From: a virus
Taxonomy: Duplodnaviria; Caudoviricetes
Direction: 5' to 3' (one strand)
IMG/VR virus record: IMGVR_UViG_2706796244_000001
Span: 1-64,000 of that record
DNA: 64,000 nt
Shown: piece by piece, positions 52,004 to 62,301 of the stretch
Layout of the letters: the number at the start of each line of letters is the position of its first letter
How positions within the stretch are numbered: position 1 is the stretch's first letter
Translations under genes and position numbers: made by a program
The notes under the pieces: model-generated
What the model was told of the DNA's origin: nothing
Databases searched by the model: none
What the model saw: the letters and a program-made list of their open reading frames with translations, nothing else

Positions 52004-54769
52004 TTACTGGTTGTCCAGAGCCAGGGTGAGCTCTGTGAACTTCGAGATCATAGCGAGCGACATTTCTGCCACGTCGCTACCTACCATCAGGGTCCGCCCC
52101 AGGAACCCATCTTGCCGCTCGAAAGAGGCAAGGCCAGCCTCCGTCAGCCGCATCGGATCGAACAGGTTGTCGGGGCTGCCGATGTTGGCGTCCCAGGCAT
52201 CCTTGATCTTCTCCATGGTGCTATTGTAGTTTTCCAGCAGGTTCTGGGTATCCCGCAGGATCTCCGCAGTATCGGCTGCCATGTACCGGGTCAAGGCGTC
52301 GATGCCGCTCAGGCTCAGCTTCATCAGGTTGTCGGCCCGGAACAGGGAACCCATGTTCAGGACGAAGCCCTTGCCGTTCATCAGGTTGGTGCCGACCTGA
52401 ATGGCCACGATGGAAGCGATGGTGCCGATGATGGCGCCCAGCTTCTCACCGAACACCGCCACCGACACGGCGCTGATCATCTGGGTCAACAGCATGGCGG
52501 CCAGGGCATTGGCCACGGCGCCCACAATGGTGGCAGCCAGACCTGTGAAGCCCAGGGCAGCACCCACCGTGGCATTGGCACCGAGCAATCCATAGCCGGC
52601 CCCCGGCGCATAGAAGTTGATCACGATGGCGATGATCACGATGAAGACCTTGAACAGGCCCGACTGATACCACTTCTGCTTCACCACCTGGTAGCAGTTG
52701 AACACCAGGAAGGAATTGGCCGTGCTCATCTGGGTCTGCTTGACCAGGCTCATCTGCTTCAGGATCTCAGGGTGCACCGGCACAATGAATCCCGACTCTT
52801 CCTTGTCGTCCAGAGCCTCCCAGGCAGAAATCTCCACCGCCTTATTGCGGTAGATGTTGTTGCGGTGCTTCAGGCCCCACAGGCTCAGGATACGCCAGGT
52901 GCTGCTGCTGTCTTGCCAGCAGATTTGCACCTTCTCGATATCCCGGTAGCCGGTGTAGAAGTTGTCCTCGGACTGGAACGTGAACGGGAAACGGTCGGTG
53001 CCGGCCTTGCGCAGCTCCATGTCCCCCTTCTTGGCTCCAGCCTTGTAGGTGCCCTTGCCGGTGAGCTCGTCCATGCCGACCCATGTGACCAGCACGTCAT
53101 AGTTCATGACCGGCATGTCGCCGCTCATGATCCGCACGTTGAAGTCCGGCAGGATCGGGTAGTTGGCCCGTGGTGGTTCGGGCTGGCCGAACTGGTCATC
53201 GTTGGGGTCACGCTGGCCTTGGAACCAGCGGCGCCACACCTGCATGCGGTAGTTGGCCTCGTTCCACTGCTCCACCCACTTCTGGTAGTTCAGGTGGCTA
53301 CCGCCCGGCAGCCGAGTGCGCAGGTAGTCGAAGAAGGTATACAGGTATTCCCTGCAGGCCTTCTCCACCACATTCAGGCTCACCCCGAACATCACGTAGG
53401 CGTAGTCGATATCCTTCAGCGACTCGTTCTTCTTGATGTTCTTCTCCACCTCATCGTACTTGGCGCCGATGGCCTTTTTCAGGGCCCGCTTGCACATCTT
53501 CAGGGTATCAGGCGGCAGAGCATTTTCCATCTCCGACACCATCTTGTTGTCCAGGCGGAATGGGATGGGCGGCAGGAACTTGCCCATGTCGATGTTGTTG
53601 CTGAACATCCGATCCAGGCCGGGGGTGCCACTGCCCTTCTTGTAGATGAACTTGCGGTTCTCCGACCAGGCCTTGACCAGCTCGAACTGCTCAGCTCCCC
53701 ACCAGTTGAAGTTGGTGTCCACGATGGGATCCTTGAGGACGTGCCTGTAGTGGCGAGTCCAGCCAGCGCCCAGATCTTCAGTCCAGCTGTCGTGCTGCTC
53801 CACAAACGAAGATTCCCGGGGCTTCCACTGTCGGCGGTGATACCGCTTCTCAACGCGCCACTTCAACTCAGCACCTTGCAGGCCGACGAAGAAACGACGT
53901 TCGTACACGTCCACCGTGATTTCTGCTTCCCAGGGATCCACGTTCCATTGCTTGTAGAAACTTAGTTCAGGGCGATCCTGATATTCCCCATTAGGGCCGG
54001 TATCCCACACCTGCTGTTGCTCGAAACCGATGAAGTAGTACCCCTCATATTCAGGCGGCCAGCTATTGAGCTGGCGCCAAGTACCCTTCTCAGGATCATC
54101 CTCCAGAGGTGGGAAATTCTCTTCCGTCAGCCCCAGGTAGTTGGGCTCTTCAGCCGAACCAGAGGAAGAGATAGGCGTGATGCTCGGGTACTGGATCAGG
54201 ATGTAGTCGCAGTAGATGTACCAGCCGTCAGGGTCGAAGTCATCCGGCGCAGGAATGATGAGCTCCTGCTGGGTAGGCCAGTGCCAGCAACGCCAGGTGC
54301 CATTCTCCTTGGGGTAGATCTCCCAGTTTTCAGTGGTGCGTCCCTTCTGATTCTTGTAGAGCCACCGGGCCAGGAACTGCTGTGGATCAGCAGGGCCGAT
54401 ATGCGCCAGCTGAGCCTGGGGGTAGGCTTTACGCCATTCGTTGGTCGTCTCATCGAAGATATCTTCGTGGGGGATGTACGCACCGATCTGGTTGGGATCG
54501 ATGGTCTTCTGGGCATTGATCGTGCCGTTGGTCATCCCCATGAGAGAGTTGAATCCCTGCACATCGCACCAGCGTGCGAACGAGCGGAACTTGATGCCGG
54601 GCCCATTCAGGTATGCGCCCTGGATGGTGTCACCCATGCTGAAGCCATTCTGGCCGATGACGTTGGAAATCACCGTGGTCTTCAGGTAGTTCGGTCGATC
54701 CTTTTCGGGCCCAGCGAGGTTGTACGCCACGCTGGACACGTAGACCTTTTCACCGCCAAAGATCCCCAT
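52004..54769 (-). CDS. Virion structural protein (N4 gp53 position, 921 aa)
   Basis: Synteny; hydrophobic C-terminal segments. Confidence 0.75.
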   Translation of the reverse strand: MGIFGGEKVYVSSVAYNLAGPEKDRPNYLKTTVISNVIGQNGFSMGDTIQGAYLNGPGIKFRSFARWCDVQGFNSLMGMTNGTINAQKTIDPNQIGAYIPHEDIFDETTNEWRKAYPQAQLAHIGPADPQQFLARWLYKNQKGRTTENWEIYPKENGTWRCWHWPTQQELIIPAPDDFDPDGWYIYCDYILIQYPSITPISSSGSAEEPNYLGLTEENFPPLEDDPEKGTWRQLNSWPPEYEGYYFIGFEQQQVWDTGPNGEYQDRPELSFYKQWNVDPWEAEITVDVYERRFFVGLQGAELKWRVEKRYHRRQWKPRESSFVEQHDSWTEDLGAGWTRHYRHVLKDPIVDTNFNWWGAEQFELVKAWSENRKFIYKKGSGTPGLDRMFSNNIDMGKFLPPIPFRLDNKMVSEMENALPPDTLKMCKRALKKAIGAKYDEVEKNIKKNESLKDIDYAYVMFGVSLNVVEKACREYLYTFFDYLRTRLPGGSHLNYQKWVEQWNEANYRMQVWRRWFQGQRDPNDDQFGQPEPPRANYPILPDFNVRIMSGDMPVMNYDVLVTWVGMDELTGKGTYKAGAKKGDMELRKAGTDRFPFTFQSEDNFYTGYRDIEKVQICWQDSSSTWRILSLWGLKHRNNIYRNKAVEISAWEALDDKEESGFIVPVHPEILKQMSLVKQTQMSTANSFLVFNCYQVVKQKWYQSGLFKVFIVIIAIVINFYAPGAGYGLLGANATVGAALGFTGLAATIVGAVANALAAMLLTQMISAVSVAVFGEKLGAIIGTIASIVAIQVGTNLMNGKGFVLNMGSLFRADNLMKLSLSGIDALTRYMAADTAEILRDTQNLLENYNSTMEKIKDAWDANIGSPDNLFDPMRLTEAGLASFERQDGFLGRTLMVGSDVAEMSLAMISKFTELTLALDNQ

Positions 54770-54781
54770 GTCCAGCTCTCC

Positions 54782-55684
54782 TTACAGACCGTTCTTCGTC
54801 TTGATCGAGGTCATCACCTGATCGACAGAAGCATTGGTGAACATGTTCGGAGCGAGCACCGCTTCGTCAATGGTCTTCTGGGTGATCCAGGCATCGGTCC
54901 ACATCTTGGCAGCCTTCAGCTCGGAGTCGCGCTTGTAGCTCTCGATCTGCTGGGTGTAGAGATCCTTCTGCTTACCAAGCACGCCCATGACGGGTTGGCC
55001 ATCGGTGCGGGTGTCAGAGGTCTGGCCACGTTGGGCTTCTTTCTGCTCCTTGACCAGGCCCTGCTGTTCCGTCAGCAGCTTGGTCTGTTCCTTCTGGCCA
55101 TTGATCTGCTCGGTCAGCAGAGAGGCATTCTTCGGCAGGATGTTTTCATGCGTGAACTTGCCCTGGCAGTAGTTGATATCCTCGGTGGCCATCTGCATGA
55201 TGGTCAGGCCGTAGCGTGCCTTGTTCGTCAGGGCCTCACCCTTTTTGGCGGCGAACTCCATCTTGGCCACGGCCAGGTCCACGTTACCGCGGATGGCGGC
55301 CACCTGGGCATTCACACCAGACCAATAGGCTTGGTCCTTGCCCAGCTGGAACTGGACAGCACCTGCAATGCAGGCCTCGGTCATGGCGATCCAGGTCTTG
55401 GAGAACTCGGCTGCCGTGATGCGGCCAGACTTGTACTCGCGGTCGAGCCAGACACTGGTGCCCTTCATCAGGTAGTCGAAGGTGCCTTCGCCATCCACCT
55501 TGCGTTCGGTCAGGTCTTCGTTCGTGACACGCTTCACGAACTCGAACATGGGATTGGCAGTGCCGCCAGGGATCTCGTACTGGCCCCCCGACATGTCAAT
55601 GTCTTGGAAGTCGAAATTCAGACCCTGGGTGATATTGGCAAGAGCAATCTTGCCGGCGCTATCTGCTCCACAGCTCATGATCAT
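54782..55684 (-). CDS. Virion structural protein (N4 gp54 position, 300 aa)
   Basis: Synteny; SD GAGAGGA. Confidence 0.75.
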   Translation of the reverse strand: MIMSCGADSAGKIALANITQGLNFDFQDIDMSGGQYEIPGGTANPMFEFVKRVTNEDLTERKVDGEGTFDYLMKGTSVWLDREYKSGRITAAEFSKTWIAMTEACIAGAVQFQLGKDQAYWSGVNAQVAAIRGNVDLAVAKMEFAAKKGEALTNKARYGLTIMQMATEDINYCQGKFTHENILPKNASLLTEQINGQKEQTKLLTEQQGLVKEQKEAQRGQTSDTRTDGQPVMGVLGKQKDLYTQQIESYKRDSELKAAKMWTDAWITQKTIDEAVLAPNMFTNASVDQVMTSIKTKNGL

Positions 55685-55702
55685 TTCCTCTCTGGTTCAA
55701 TG

Positions 55703-55735
55703 AAAAAAGCGCCCCGCAGTTTCCTGTCGGGGCGC
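55703..55735 (-). terminator. Intrinsic terminator
   Basis: GCGCCCCG...CGGGGCGC with TTTTTT on the minus strand. Confidence 0.7.
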
Positions 55736-55752
55736 CTGCTCAGCGGTCTAGC

Positions 55753-56550
55753 TTAGCCGACCTGACTGGTGCCTGCTGCAATCTGGGCCTTGCCCAGTTG
55801 TTTCAGCTGTTCGGGGGTCAGCGGGTCCAGCACTTCGATGTTGAACTCGCGGGGCCAGAAGTTGTTGTCCACGACGGGAATGCCGTTGACCTTCTTGCCA
55901 AAACGGACCTGGAGATAGCGCTTGGACTTGAGGTGGTTGAACATCACCAGCGGGATGTGCCAGCCGTTCTCTGTGGCCTCACCATACGGCACGAACATGC
56001 GAACGGTGCCCAGCACACGGTTGCTGATGGTGTGGAACTCGCCGGGCAGGTTCTGCTTGGCGGGGTTCATGACCGAGATGCGGCAGCGGACCAGCACCAT
56101 CTGCTCATCACGCAGCAATTGCGCCAGCGAGGTGTCCTTGATACGGGGCTTGGCCGCCACAGCTGCACGCAGATCTGCCATGGTCTGGGGCTGGGCGGTA
56201 TGCAGGTGCTTGTCCAGTTCTGCCGAGCGAGTTACCAGGCCCTTGGGATCGTCCAGCTTGGCGGGGGTAGGAGACGAACCAGAGGGAGAGGCTTCTGCCT
56301 TGCCTGCGTCCACGCCCAGGCGGGCATCAATGGCAGCTTCGGCCTGGGCTTCAAAGGATGCGGCGACGGAAGCCTGCTCTTCGGCTTCTTCGGCGGCCTG
56401 GGCACCCAGGTGGTCGTTGATACGCTTGCGCAGGGTATCGACGGAAATGTTGTTGCTGAAGGAAATGCCCAGCATGGTGGCCTTCTGCTTCAGGTGTGCC
56501 AGCTCATCGACTTGTTGGGCGGCTTCGGTGTTGACGTTCGAGTGATCCAT
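55753..56550 (-). CDS. Conserved late protein (N4 gp55 position, 265 aa)
   Basis: LKQKATMLGISFSNNISVDTLRKRI; LVRCRIS.MNP.K; synteny after the capsid gene. Confidence 0.75.
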   Translation of the reverse strand: MDHSNVNTEAAQQVDELAHLKQKATMLGISFSNNISVDTLRKRINDHLGAQAAEEAEEQASVAASFEAQAEAAIDARLGVDAGKAEASPSGSSPTPAKLDDPKGLVTRSAELDKHLHTAQPQTMADLRAAVAAKPRIKDTSLAQLLRDEQMVLVRCRISVMNPAKQNLPGEFHTISNRVLGTVRMFVPYGEATENGWHIPLVMFNHLKSKRYLQVRFGKKVNGIPVVDNNFWPREFNIEVLDPLTPEQLKQLGKAQIAAGTSQVG

Positions 56551-56571
56551 TTTCTTCTCCGGGTATTTGTG

Positions 56572-56595
56572 GAAGAAGGGGCCGGAGCCCCTTCT
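56572..56595 (-). terminator. Terminator-like hairpin after the capsid gene
   Basis: AGAAGGGGC-CGGA-GCCCCTTCT. Confidence 0.55.
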
Positions 56596-56611
56596 CTAGC
56601 TCACCTGCCGA

Positions 56612-57847
56612 TTAGCGGGGTGCGACGGTCTTGATGATGCCGATGCGCTCGGGGCGCAGGAACAGGATGCCGTACCACCACTGCACGGACGAGAAGCCGA
56701 CCTTGCCGTAGGGATCGTTGCGATCCATGGTTTCCTTGCCAGGCATCTTGGTGTTGACCTCGAACTTCAGCGTGGAGCCGTCGGTCTGGAAACCGATGGT
56801 CGTGAAGGACTCGGCGCCCACCACCATCAGCGGGTACACGTCGTACTTTTCCTTGCCGTCAGCCGGGTCCACGCTGGAGCGGAAGCCGGGGTTCGCCGTG
56901 ACTTCAGCACCGGCGTGGGCGAAGTGCAGCATTTCCTGCACACGGATGATACGGAACATGCCGACTGCGCCGACTTCGTTCTTCATCAGGGCCGTGGCCG
57001 CGCCGTACTTGTGCACGGGGATGAACGCCGGATCGCCGAAGTTGTCACGCATGCGCTTGATGTGCGGCAGCAGGTCATTGCTGCAGTACATGATGCGCGT
57101 TGCACCCACGGTGTTGGTGTCGATCTTGGTCGAACCCGTGATGATGGTGACGTGCGTGGGGGTACGGTTGTCGGTCAGGATCTGGTCCATGCGCTCGAAG
57201 TCATCGAACGTCAGGGTGGACGCAGGGATCGTGATCGAACCAGCCGTGGTTTCTTCGGCGGTCACTTCGCTGTCCTGGGTGGCGGCACCGCAGTACAGGA
57301 TCGTGGTGGCGCCCAGCAGCAGGTCACGCTGCAGCGTGGCTTCGGTCAGCTGGTTGCAGGCGTTGATGGTCTCGCGGGCCAGGATTTCGCGCAGCTGATC
57401 GTCGGAGTCGAAGTTCAGCGAGTCGCGGGTGAACTCGTAGAACAGGCCGAAGTTGAAGATCGTGCCTTCACGCTCCAGACGGGTGAAGCCGATGCGGTTC
57501 ACACGGCCACCGTTTTCAGACAGGTGCGGCAGCTTGCCGGTAATGGTGCCCACGTCACGGCTGGAGCCGTACAGGTTGCCGTTGACCGTGCTCACGCCGT
57601 TGGCGTCGATGCCCTGGTCGTTGATGTTGCTGTCGTGCAGAACCGGCAGGTACTCGTAGACCTTGATGGTCTTGCCGAAGTGCATCGGCATGTTGGTCAC
57701 GTCGGCCAGGGGCATGAACACCTGGTCCTTGACCGCATGGCGGATGGACTTGCGCAGCCAGAAGTAGGAGCGCATCTGGTCGGCATTGCCGCCCTTGTCG
57801 ATGCTGGACTTTTGCCCGTCAATCGGGGCGTTGTAATTCAGAGCCAT
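56612..57847 (-). CDS. Major capsid protein (N4 gp56-like, 411 aa)
   Basis: [36 protein letters not shown]. Confidence 0.92.
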   Translation of the reverse strand: MALNYNAPIDGQKSSIDKGGNADQMRSYFWLRKSIRHAVKDQVFMPLADVTNMPMHFGKTIKVYEYLPVLHDSNINDQGIDANGVSTVNGNLYGSSRDVGTITGKLPHLSENGGRVNRIGFTRLEREGTIFNFGLFYEFTRDSLNFDSDDQLREILARETINACNQLTEATLQRDLLLGATTILYCGAATQDSEVTAEETTAGSITIPASTLTFDDFERMDQILTDNRTPTHVTIITGSTKIDTNTVGATRIMYCSNDLLPHIKRMRDNFGDPAFIPVHKYGAATALMKNEVGAVGMFRIIRVQEMLHFAHAGAEVTANPGFRSSVDPADGKEKYDVYPLMVVGAESFTTIGFQTDGSTLKFEVNTKMPGKETMDRNDPYGKVGFSSVQWWYGILFLRPERIGIIKTVAPR

Positions 57848-57867
57848 GGTTCAGGTTCCTTCTTGGG

Positions 57868-58713
57868 TTACGGGAGAAGTCGAGGATCGAGCTTGTCGAT
57901 TTCCTCATCGGTCATGCGAGTGAGATCCGCCATGGTCAGCTTCTGTTGAGTTGCCGACGCACTGCGGGACGGAGAAGCAGCAGCTGCCGCTTTTGTTGCG
58001 GCCGGAGGCTTGGCCACCGAACGCACTGCCAGCGGTTGCCGAGCTACCGCAGCCGCAGTGGCCGTAGTACCAGCATTGCCCTGGTCAGGGATCTGGGTAG
58101 TTGCCGCAGCAGTACCCGTGTTTTCCTGCTGGTTCGTCTGCACCGGAGGCTGACCCTTCGGCACCAGTTTGCCAGCAGCGTGGAGCTCATCGCCAACAGC
58201 CTTGTAGCTGTGGACGAATGGTTGATTGGGGAGTTGCCCCAGGGCCTGGCGCCGTGCCATTTCAGCAGTGATCACGTCGTATGCGCCGATCTCACGATGC
58301 TTGGTGAACATGGCGAGCATGCCCGGGGTTTCTCCGAGAATGTTCTGCGATTGCGCATCCCAGGTTTGGGTGATCGCCTGGATCATCGCCTGGCCGTGCT
58401 CGGAAGCCTTGGCTTCTGCGATCTCGTCGGCGAACCGGAGATCATCGTCGCTGGGAGGCGCAATCTGCGGAACGTATGCAGCGGACTGTTCAGGATCCAG
58501 GGAAAGAGGATCGACCTTCTTGTCCTTCAGCAGTTTCTGGATGGCGGCAGGGTTGCCCTTGCTCACCTCGATCAGGTGCATGACCTGATCCATCTCCGTC
58601 AAACCTGCTTGCTGGAGAGCGGCGACCAACTTTCGCTGGGGTGCCAGTTCCTGCATGCGGCGGGTGTAGCCCACACCCTTCTGCATCAGAGTCCGGGCTT
58701 CTTCGGGAGTCAT
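57868..58713 (-). CDS. C-terminal part of an N4 gp57-like scaffold-type protein (281 aa)
   Basis: EEARTLMQKGVGYTRRMQ; ends DLTRMTDEEIDKL; ATG overlaps the upstream TGA. Confidence 0.7.
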   Translation of the reverse strand: MTPEEARTLMQKGVGYTRRMQELAPQRKLVAALQQAGLTEMDQVMHLIEVSKGNPAAIQKLLKDKKVDPLSLDPEQSAAYVPQIAPPSDDDLRFADEIAEAKASEHGQAMIQAITQTWDAQSQNILGETPGMLAMFTKHREIGAYDVITAEMARRQALGQLPNQPFVHSYKAVGDELHAAGKLVPKGQPPVQTNQQENTGTAAATTQIPDQGNAGTTATAAAVARQPLAVRSVAKPPAATKAAAAASPSRSASATQQKLTMADLTRMTDEEIDKLDPRLLP

Positions 58714-59063
58714 CAGCTGATCTCTTGGCCGCCCGCTTTGAACGGCGCCATGATTGCTTCGTACTTCGCCTTGTAGTCCGTGGTGTCTTCCGCAGCAGTT
58801 GTTGCGCCATCTGCTGCGGAACCTTGACCTTCTGCTTCGGTGGTCTGGGTTTCACCCGCGGGGGTAACTGTAGCAGAAGTTTCTGCCGCAGTTTGTTGCT
58901 GCTCGCCTTCGGCGGCAGCTTGGGTTTGTTCGGTTTGCTGGGTTTCGGCCTCACCCTCAGCCGACGCATCGGCCTTCAGGGTGTCGCCGGCAACCAGCGC
59001 ATCGAACTCTTCGTCCGAGAGCTCGTAGATGTTCTCGGGCAGTTTGGAGAGGTCGAATGGCAT
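58713..59063 (-). CDS. N-terminal acidic part of an N4 gp57-like protein (116 aa), ends at an apparent frameshift
   Basis: LSDEEF, E/A/T-rich, ends YKAKYEAIMAPFKAGGQEIS*. Confidence 0.65.
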   Translation of the reverse strand: MPFDLSKLPENIYELSDEEFDALVAGDTLKADASAEGEAETQQTEQTQAAAEGEQQQTAAETSATVTPAGETQTTEAEGQGSAADGATTAAEDTTDYKAKYEAIMAPFKAGGQEIS

Positions 59064-59075
59064 GGTTGCGGTTCC

Positions 59076-59492
59076 TTACTCGGCGGATTCGTCGCGGTTC
59101 TGGGCAGCGACGGCAGCCTTCTGGGCTTCGTCAATGGACTTGAGCTCGGCCTTGGCACCTTCAATGGATGCTTCGGCACGGTCAGCCGCCGACAGGATCT
59201 GGGCCAGGTAGCCCTTCAGGTGGGTGGCTGCCTTGGCGGAAGCATCGGCCATGGCGGCAACATGCGCATCTTCGTGGGTGGCGGCGATGCCCAGGCTGCG
59301 CAGGGCGTTGTCCTTCAGGAAGCCTTCCTGGATCACCAGCTTGAAGTCTTTGCTGCCCATCAGGCGACGAAGTGCCTGGCCCAGCTTAAGGTCGGCGGTG
59401 CGATGTTCGATGAACTCGTGGAGACTGGCAACGCTGCCAGCTTCCGACTGCTGCATCTCCGAGTTGTCGAGGAAAGGATTGTGATTACTCAT
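59076..59492 (-). CDS. Conserved late protein (N4 gp58 position, 138 aa)
   Basis: ALRRLMGSKDFKLVIQEGF; synteny between portal and gp57-like genes. Confidence 0.75.
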   Translation of the reverse strand: MSNHNPFLDNSEMQQSEAGSVASLHEFIEHRTADLKLGQALRRLMGSKDFKLVIQEGFLKDNALRSLGIAATHEDAHVAAMADASAKAATHLKGYLAQILSAADRAEASIEGAKAELKSIDEAQKAAVAAQNRDESAE

Positions 59493-59504
59493 TTGCGTAC
59501 TCCA

Positions 59505-61805
59505 TCAAACTTGAGCGTTCAGGTTGGTCGCGGGATCCAAGGCCGGGTCATAAAACTGCGACCCCAGGTTATATCGCGGATCGACTTGCGCAGCTGCATC
59601 ACGTTGAATTGCGTTAGCAGGTTGCGCAGGCGGAAGTGTATCAGCTTTGCTGAGCTCATTAAAACCGATAGCAGCTTCAATATCGGGCGCCTTTTCACCT
59701 TCCTTTGTTGGGGTAACGAGTGCCTTGGTGATATCGCGGGCTTGGTTGCCTTCAGCCTGGGCCTGTTGGCGCTGCATATCCCGAGCATGCTTGGTGCCGG
59801 TTTCCTGCTCCACATAATCGAGGTCAGCTTGCTCCGCACGAGCCAAGGAAAGACGAGCATCTGCCTTGGCCTTCTCGGCACGGGCAAGCATCTCTTCCAC
59901 TTCAGCCTGCTTCAGCTGCATCTCCAGTTCCTTCATCTTTTCCGCTACGGGATCAGGTTCAGGCTTGAAGTTGCGCAGCTTATGGGCCAGCTCAGGCATA
60001 CGCTTCAGCTCAGCGATCTCAGCCAGGATCAGGTACACCATATCAGGCGGCGAGTTGGGGCCCAGCGTCTGGAGCATGAACGCCAGGTCCGATGCCTTTG
60101 CGCTGTCTACCTCGGCAGTCGAGATATCCACCTTCAGGTGGAACTGGCCCACCAGGTCTTCCTTGGAGATTTCCACGAACTCTTCATTCGTGACCTGCAC
60201 CACTTCCTTGGCGTCCAGGAACTCCTTGTTCATGGCGATGATCTTGGCAGCGATCTCCTTCATGCCTTCAGCCAGCCGGCGCAGGATCGTCATCTCCCGC
60301 TTCGATGCAGCATCCAGCACACCACGAATACCGGCAGCCACATCGCCAAACGCCTCACCAGACATGCCACCGGAGAACGCCTTCACCCCGGACATGGACT
60401 CTGCCTCCTGGTTCTGGATCTGGGCCATGACCAGCGCAGACTGGGAGATCTCAGGAGTCTTGTGCAGCACAAGGCCACCAGCTTCCGGGTTCATGTTCGG
60501 GTTGAACTCGTAGTCCTCGCCTCGCTGGAACTTGCGCAGGTTCACCGGGTCGAGCATGCCCTTGGCGATACCCTGCTGTGCGTTGGCACTGCGGGCCAGC
60601 AAGTCGATCATGCCGCGCATCACAGCACCCAAGGTTGCCTGGTTGTCGGCCAGCAGCTCAGCGTCAGGTTCGCCGTACAGCTTGCGCTTGATCGGGCGGT
60701 ACTTGGAGATCACATACGGCGGCTTCCGGTCGGGGTACGGATTTTCCTCCAGACGGATCATCACGTTGCCGATCCAGGTGGCAACGATGGGAGTCAGCTC
60801 GCCATTCCCGTGCACGTCGTAGTAGCCCCAGTATTCATGGGCGATGACCTTTTTCCGCGCCTTGTCGCTGAAGTAAAAGTTCTGGGGCGTGTTGGTAGCG
60901 TGCTCGGGGTTGTTGATCGGGCCTGCCGATTCCCAGTTGATCAGGTCCAGGTTCTGGTAGAGGCCGGTCTTCGACAGCTGGCTGCGGTTCACCTCGAACG
61001 TCTCCACCACGAACATGGCCTTGTTCAGGTCGCCCTGGCAAGACGGGTCGATGATGATGTTCTGGGGGTTCTTCACCTCCAGTGTCGGGTAGTTGGCGAT
61101 GACCTCTTCGACTTCCTGCTGCTCAGTGCCGGTCTCCACCGCGTAGTTGGGCACCTGGGTTTCCATGAAAAACTCCACGGCGGCCTTCAAGGCCGGAGAC
61201 ACCTTGGCCTCATAGTCCCGGGGAGCGTCCACCTGCAGGTTCAGGGCTTCCATCAGCTGAGCCTGCTGCTCTTCCGTCTCGATAGGGTAGTAGGCATAGA
61301 CCGGAAAAGCCTTCATTACCCGGCGCACCTCACGGTGCCAGCCCAGACGGACGATGGCAGAACCCTCATCCACGTTGGCACGGACGTAGTTGTCGATGAA
61401 ATCCACACGGTTGATCTTCGTGCGGAATTGCCAGTTGAGCAGGGTGGCGTTCTGGCGTGCACCGGCTGCATCAGCATGGGTGGCAGGTTCGACCTTGAAA
61501 GTCTTGTCGCCGGCCACGAATGGTTCGGACAGCGCTGGGTAGCGCCACTCGTTCTGCCGCTTGATCAGCTGGGGCTGCACATTGGAACGGCCCGCTACCT
61601 TTTCAGGGCGGGCCTTGCCGGTCGTGTTCAGCAGGTCATTCCAGCGGTCAATGTCCTTCATCTGGGCATCGTGGGCTGGCTTGGCCAGGTCAAAATCCTT
61701 CTTCAGCTGGTCGATGCGGGGAGCATTTTTCCATTCCGGCTGAAGGGATGCTTGGCTCGTGGGGTCGAGCTCTTGCCGGGAGGTGGGTTCACCGTTGACG
61801 CTCAT
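59505..61805 (-). CDS. Portal protein (N4 gp59-like, 766 aa)
   Basis: WKNAP...QNEWRYPALSEPF, IIIDPSC, RLEENPYPD; size and synteny. Confidence 0.9.
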   Translation of the reverse strand: MSVNGEPTSRQELDPTSQASLQPEWKNAPRIDQLKKDFDLAKPAHDAQMKDIDRWNDLLNTTGKARPEKVAGRSNVQPQLIKRQNEWRYPALSEPFVAGDKTFKVEPATHADAAGARQNATLLNWQFRTKINRVDFIDNYVRANVDEGSAIVRLGWHREVRRVMKAFPVYAYYPIETEEQQAQLMEALNLQVDAPRDYEAKVSPALKAAVEFFMETQVPNYAVETGTEQQEVEEVIANYPTLEVKNPQNIIIDPSCQGDLNKAMFVVETFEVNRSQLSKTGLYQNLDLINWESAGPINNPEHATNTPQNFYFSDKARKKVIAHEYWGYYDVHGNGELTPIVATWIGNVMIRLEENPYPDRKPPYVISKYRPIKRKLYGEPDAELLADNQATLGAVMRGMIDLLARSANAQQGIAKGMLDPVNLRKFQRGEDYEFNPNMNPEAGGLVLHKTPEISQSALVMAQIQNQEAESMSGVKAFSGGMSGEAFGDVAAGIRGVLDAASKREMTILRRLAEGMKEIAAKIIAMNKEFLDAKEVVQVTNEEFVEISKEDLVGQFHLKVDISTAEVDSAKASDLAFMLQTLGPNSPPDMVYLILAEIAELKRMPELAHKLRNFKPEPDPVAEKMKELEMQLKQAEVEEMLARAEKAKADARLSLARAEQADLDYVEQETGTKHARDMQRQQAQAEGNQARDITKALVTPTKEGEKAPDIEAAIGFNELSKADTLPPAQPANAIQRDAAAQVDPRYNLGSQFYDPALDPATNLNAQV

Positions 61806-62301
61806 CGTGCGCCTCCATGAGTTTGCGGTCTGCCAGGATCTGCTGGCCCAGTTGCTTCAGTTGTTGGTCACGGAGTCCAAGAGCTGCTTGGAGTTCTGCG
61901 ACCACGAAGATGCCTTCTTCAAGAGCTGCGTCGAGTCGGGCTGCGTGCTCTGCAAGACGGACTCGCTCAGCGGCGTCGGCTTGGGACATACGTTGGTAGG
62001 CACCAGCACGGCTTTCGGACTGGCGCAGCCGGCCAGCGTACTCGCTGCGAGCAGCAGCCAGAGCAGCATCGGATTCATATTTGGCGGCTTCAAGGGCACG
62101 ATTGATCTCCTTCTGGTTCGATTCGTGGATGGTTTCGAGTTGAGAGTTGAGGATGTGCAGAGCATCCTCCTTGGCCTTCAGTTCGGCCATCACCTCGGTT
62201 CGCTGACGCTCACCTTCGGCGCGGCCTACCTGCTGGCCAAGGAGGAAGGTGAGGGAGAGGATGGCGGCTGCACCGCCGAGCTTATACAGGAGGCTTTTCA
62301 T
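61789..62301 (-). CDS. Rz-like inner-membrane spanin (170 aa)
   Basis: N-terminal TM then coiled coil; follows the endolysin; contains an embedded lipoprotein ORF. Confidence 0.85.
   Translation of the reverse strand: MKSLLYKLGGAAAILSLTFLLGQQVGRAEGERQRTEVMAELKAKEDALHILNSQLETIHESNQKEINRALEAAKYESDAALAAARSEYAGRLRQSESRAGAYQRMSQADAAERVRLAEHAARLDAALEEGIFVVAELQAALGLRDQQLKQLGQQILADRKLMEAHDERQR
61857..62078 (-). CDS. Rz1-like outer-membrane spanin lipoprotein (73 aa), embedded in Rz
   Basis: MNPMLLWLLLAASTLAG-C lipobox, Pro-rich linker, alternative frame. Confidence 0.85.
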   Translation of the reverse strand: MNPMLLWLLLAASTLAGCASPKAVLVPTNVCPKPTPLSESVLQSTQPDSTQLLKKASSWSQNSKQLLDSVTNN

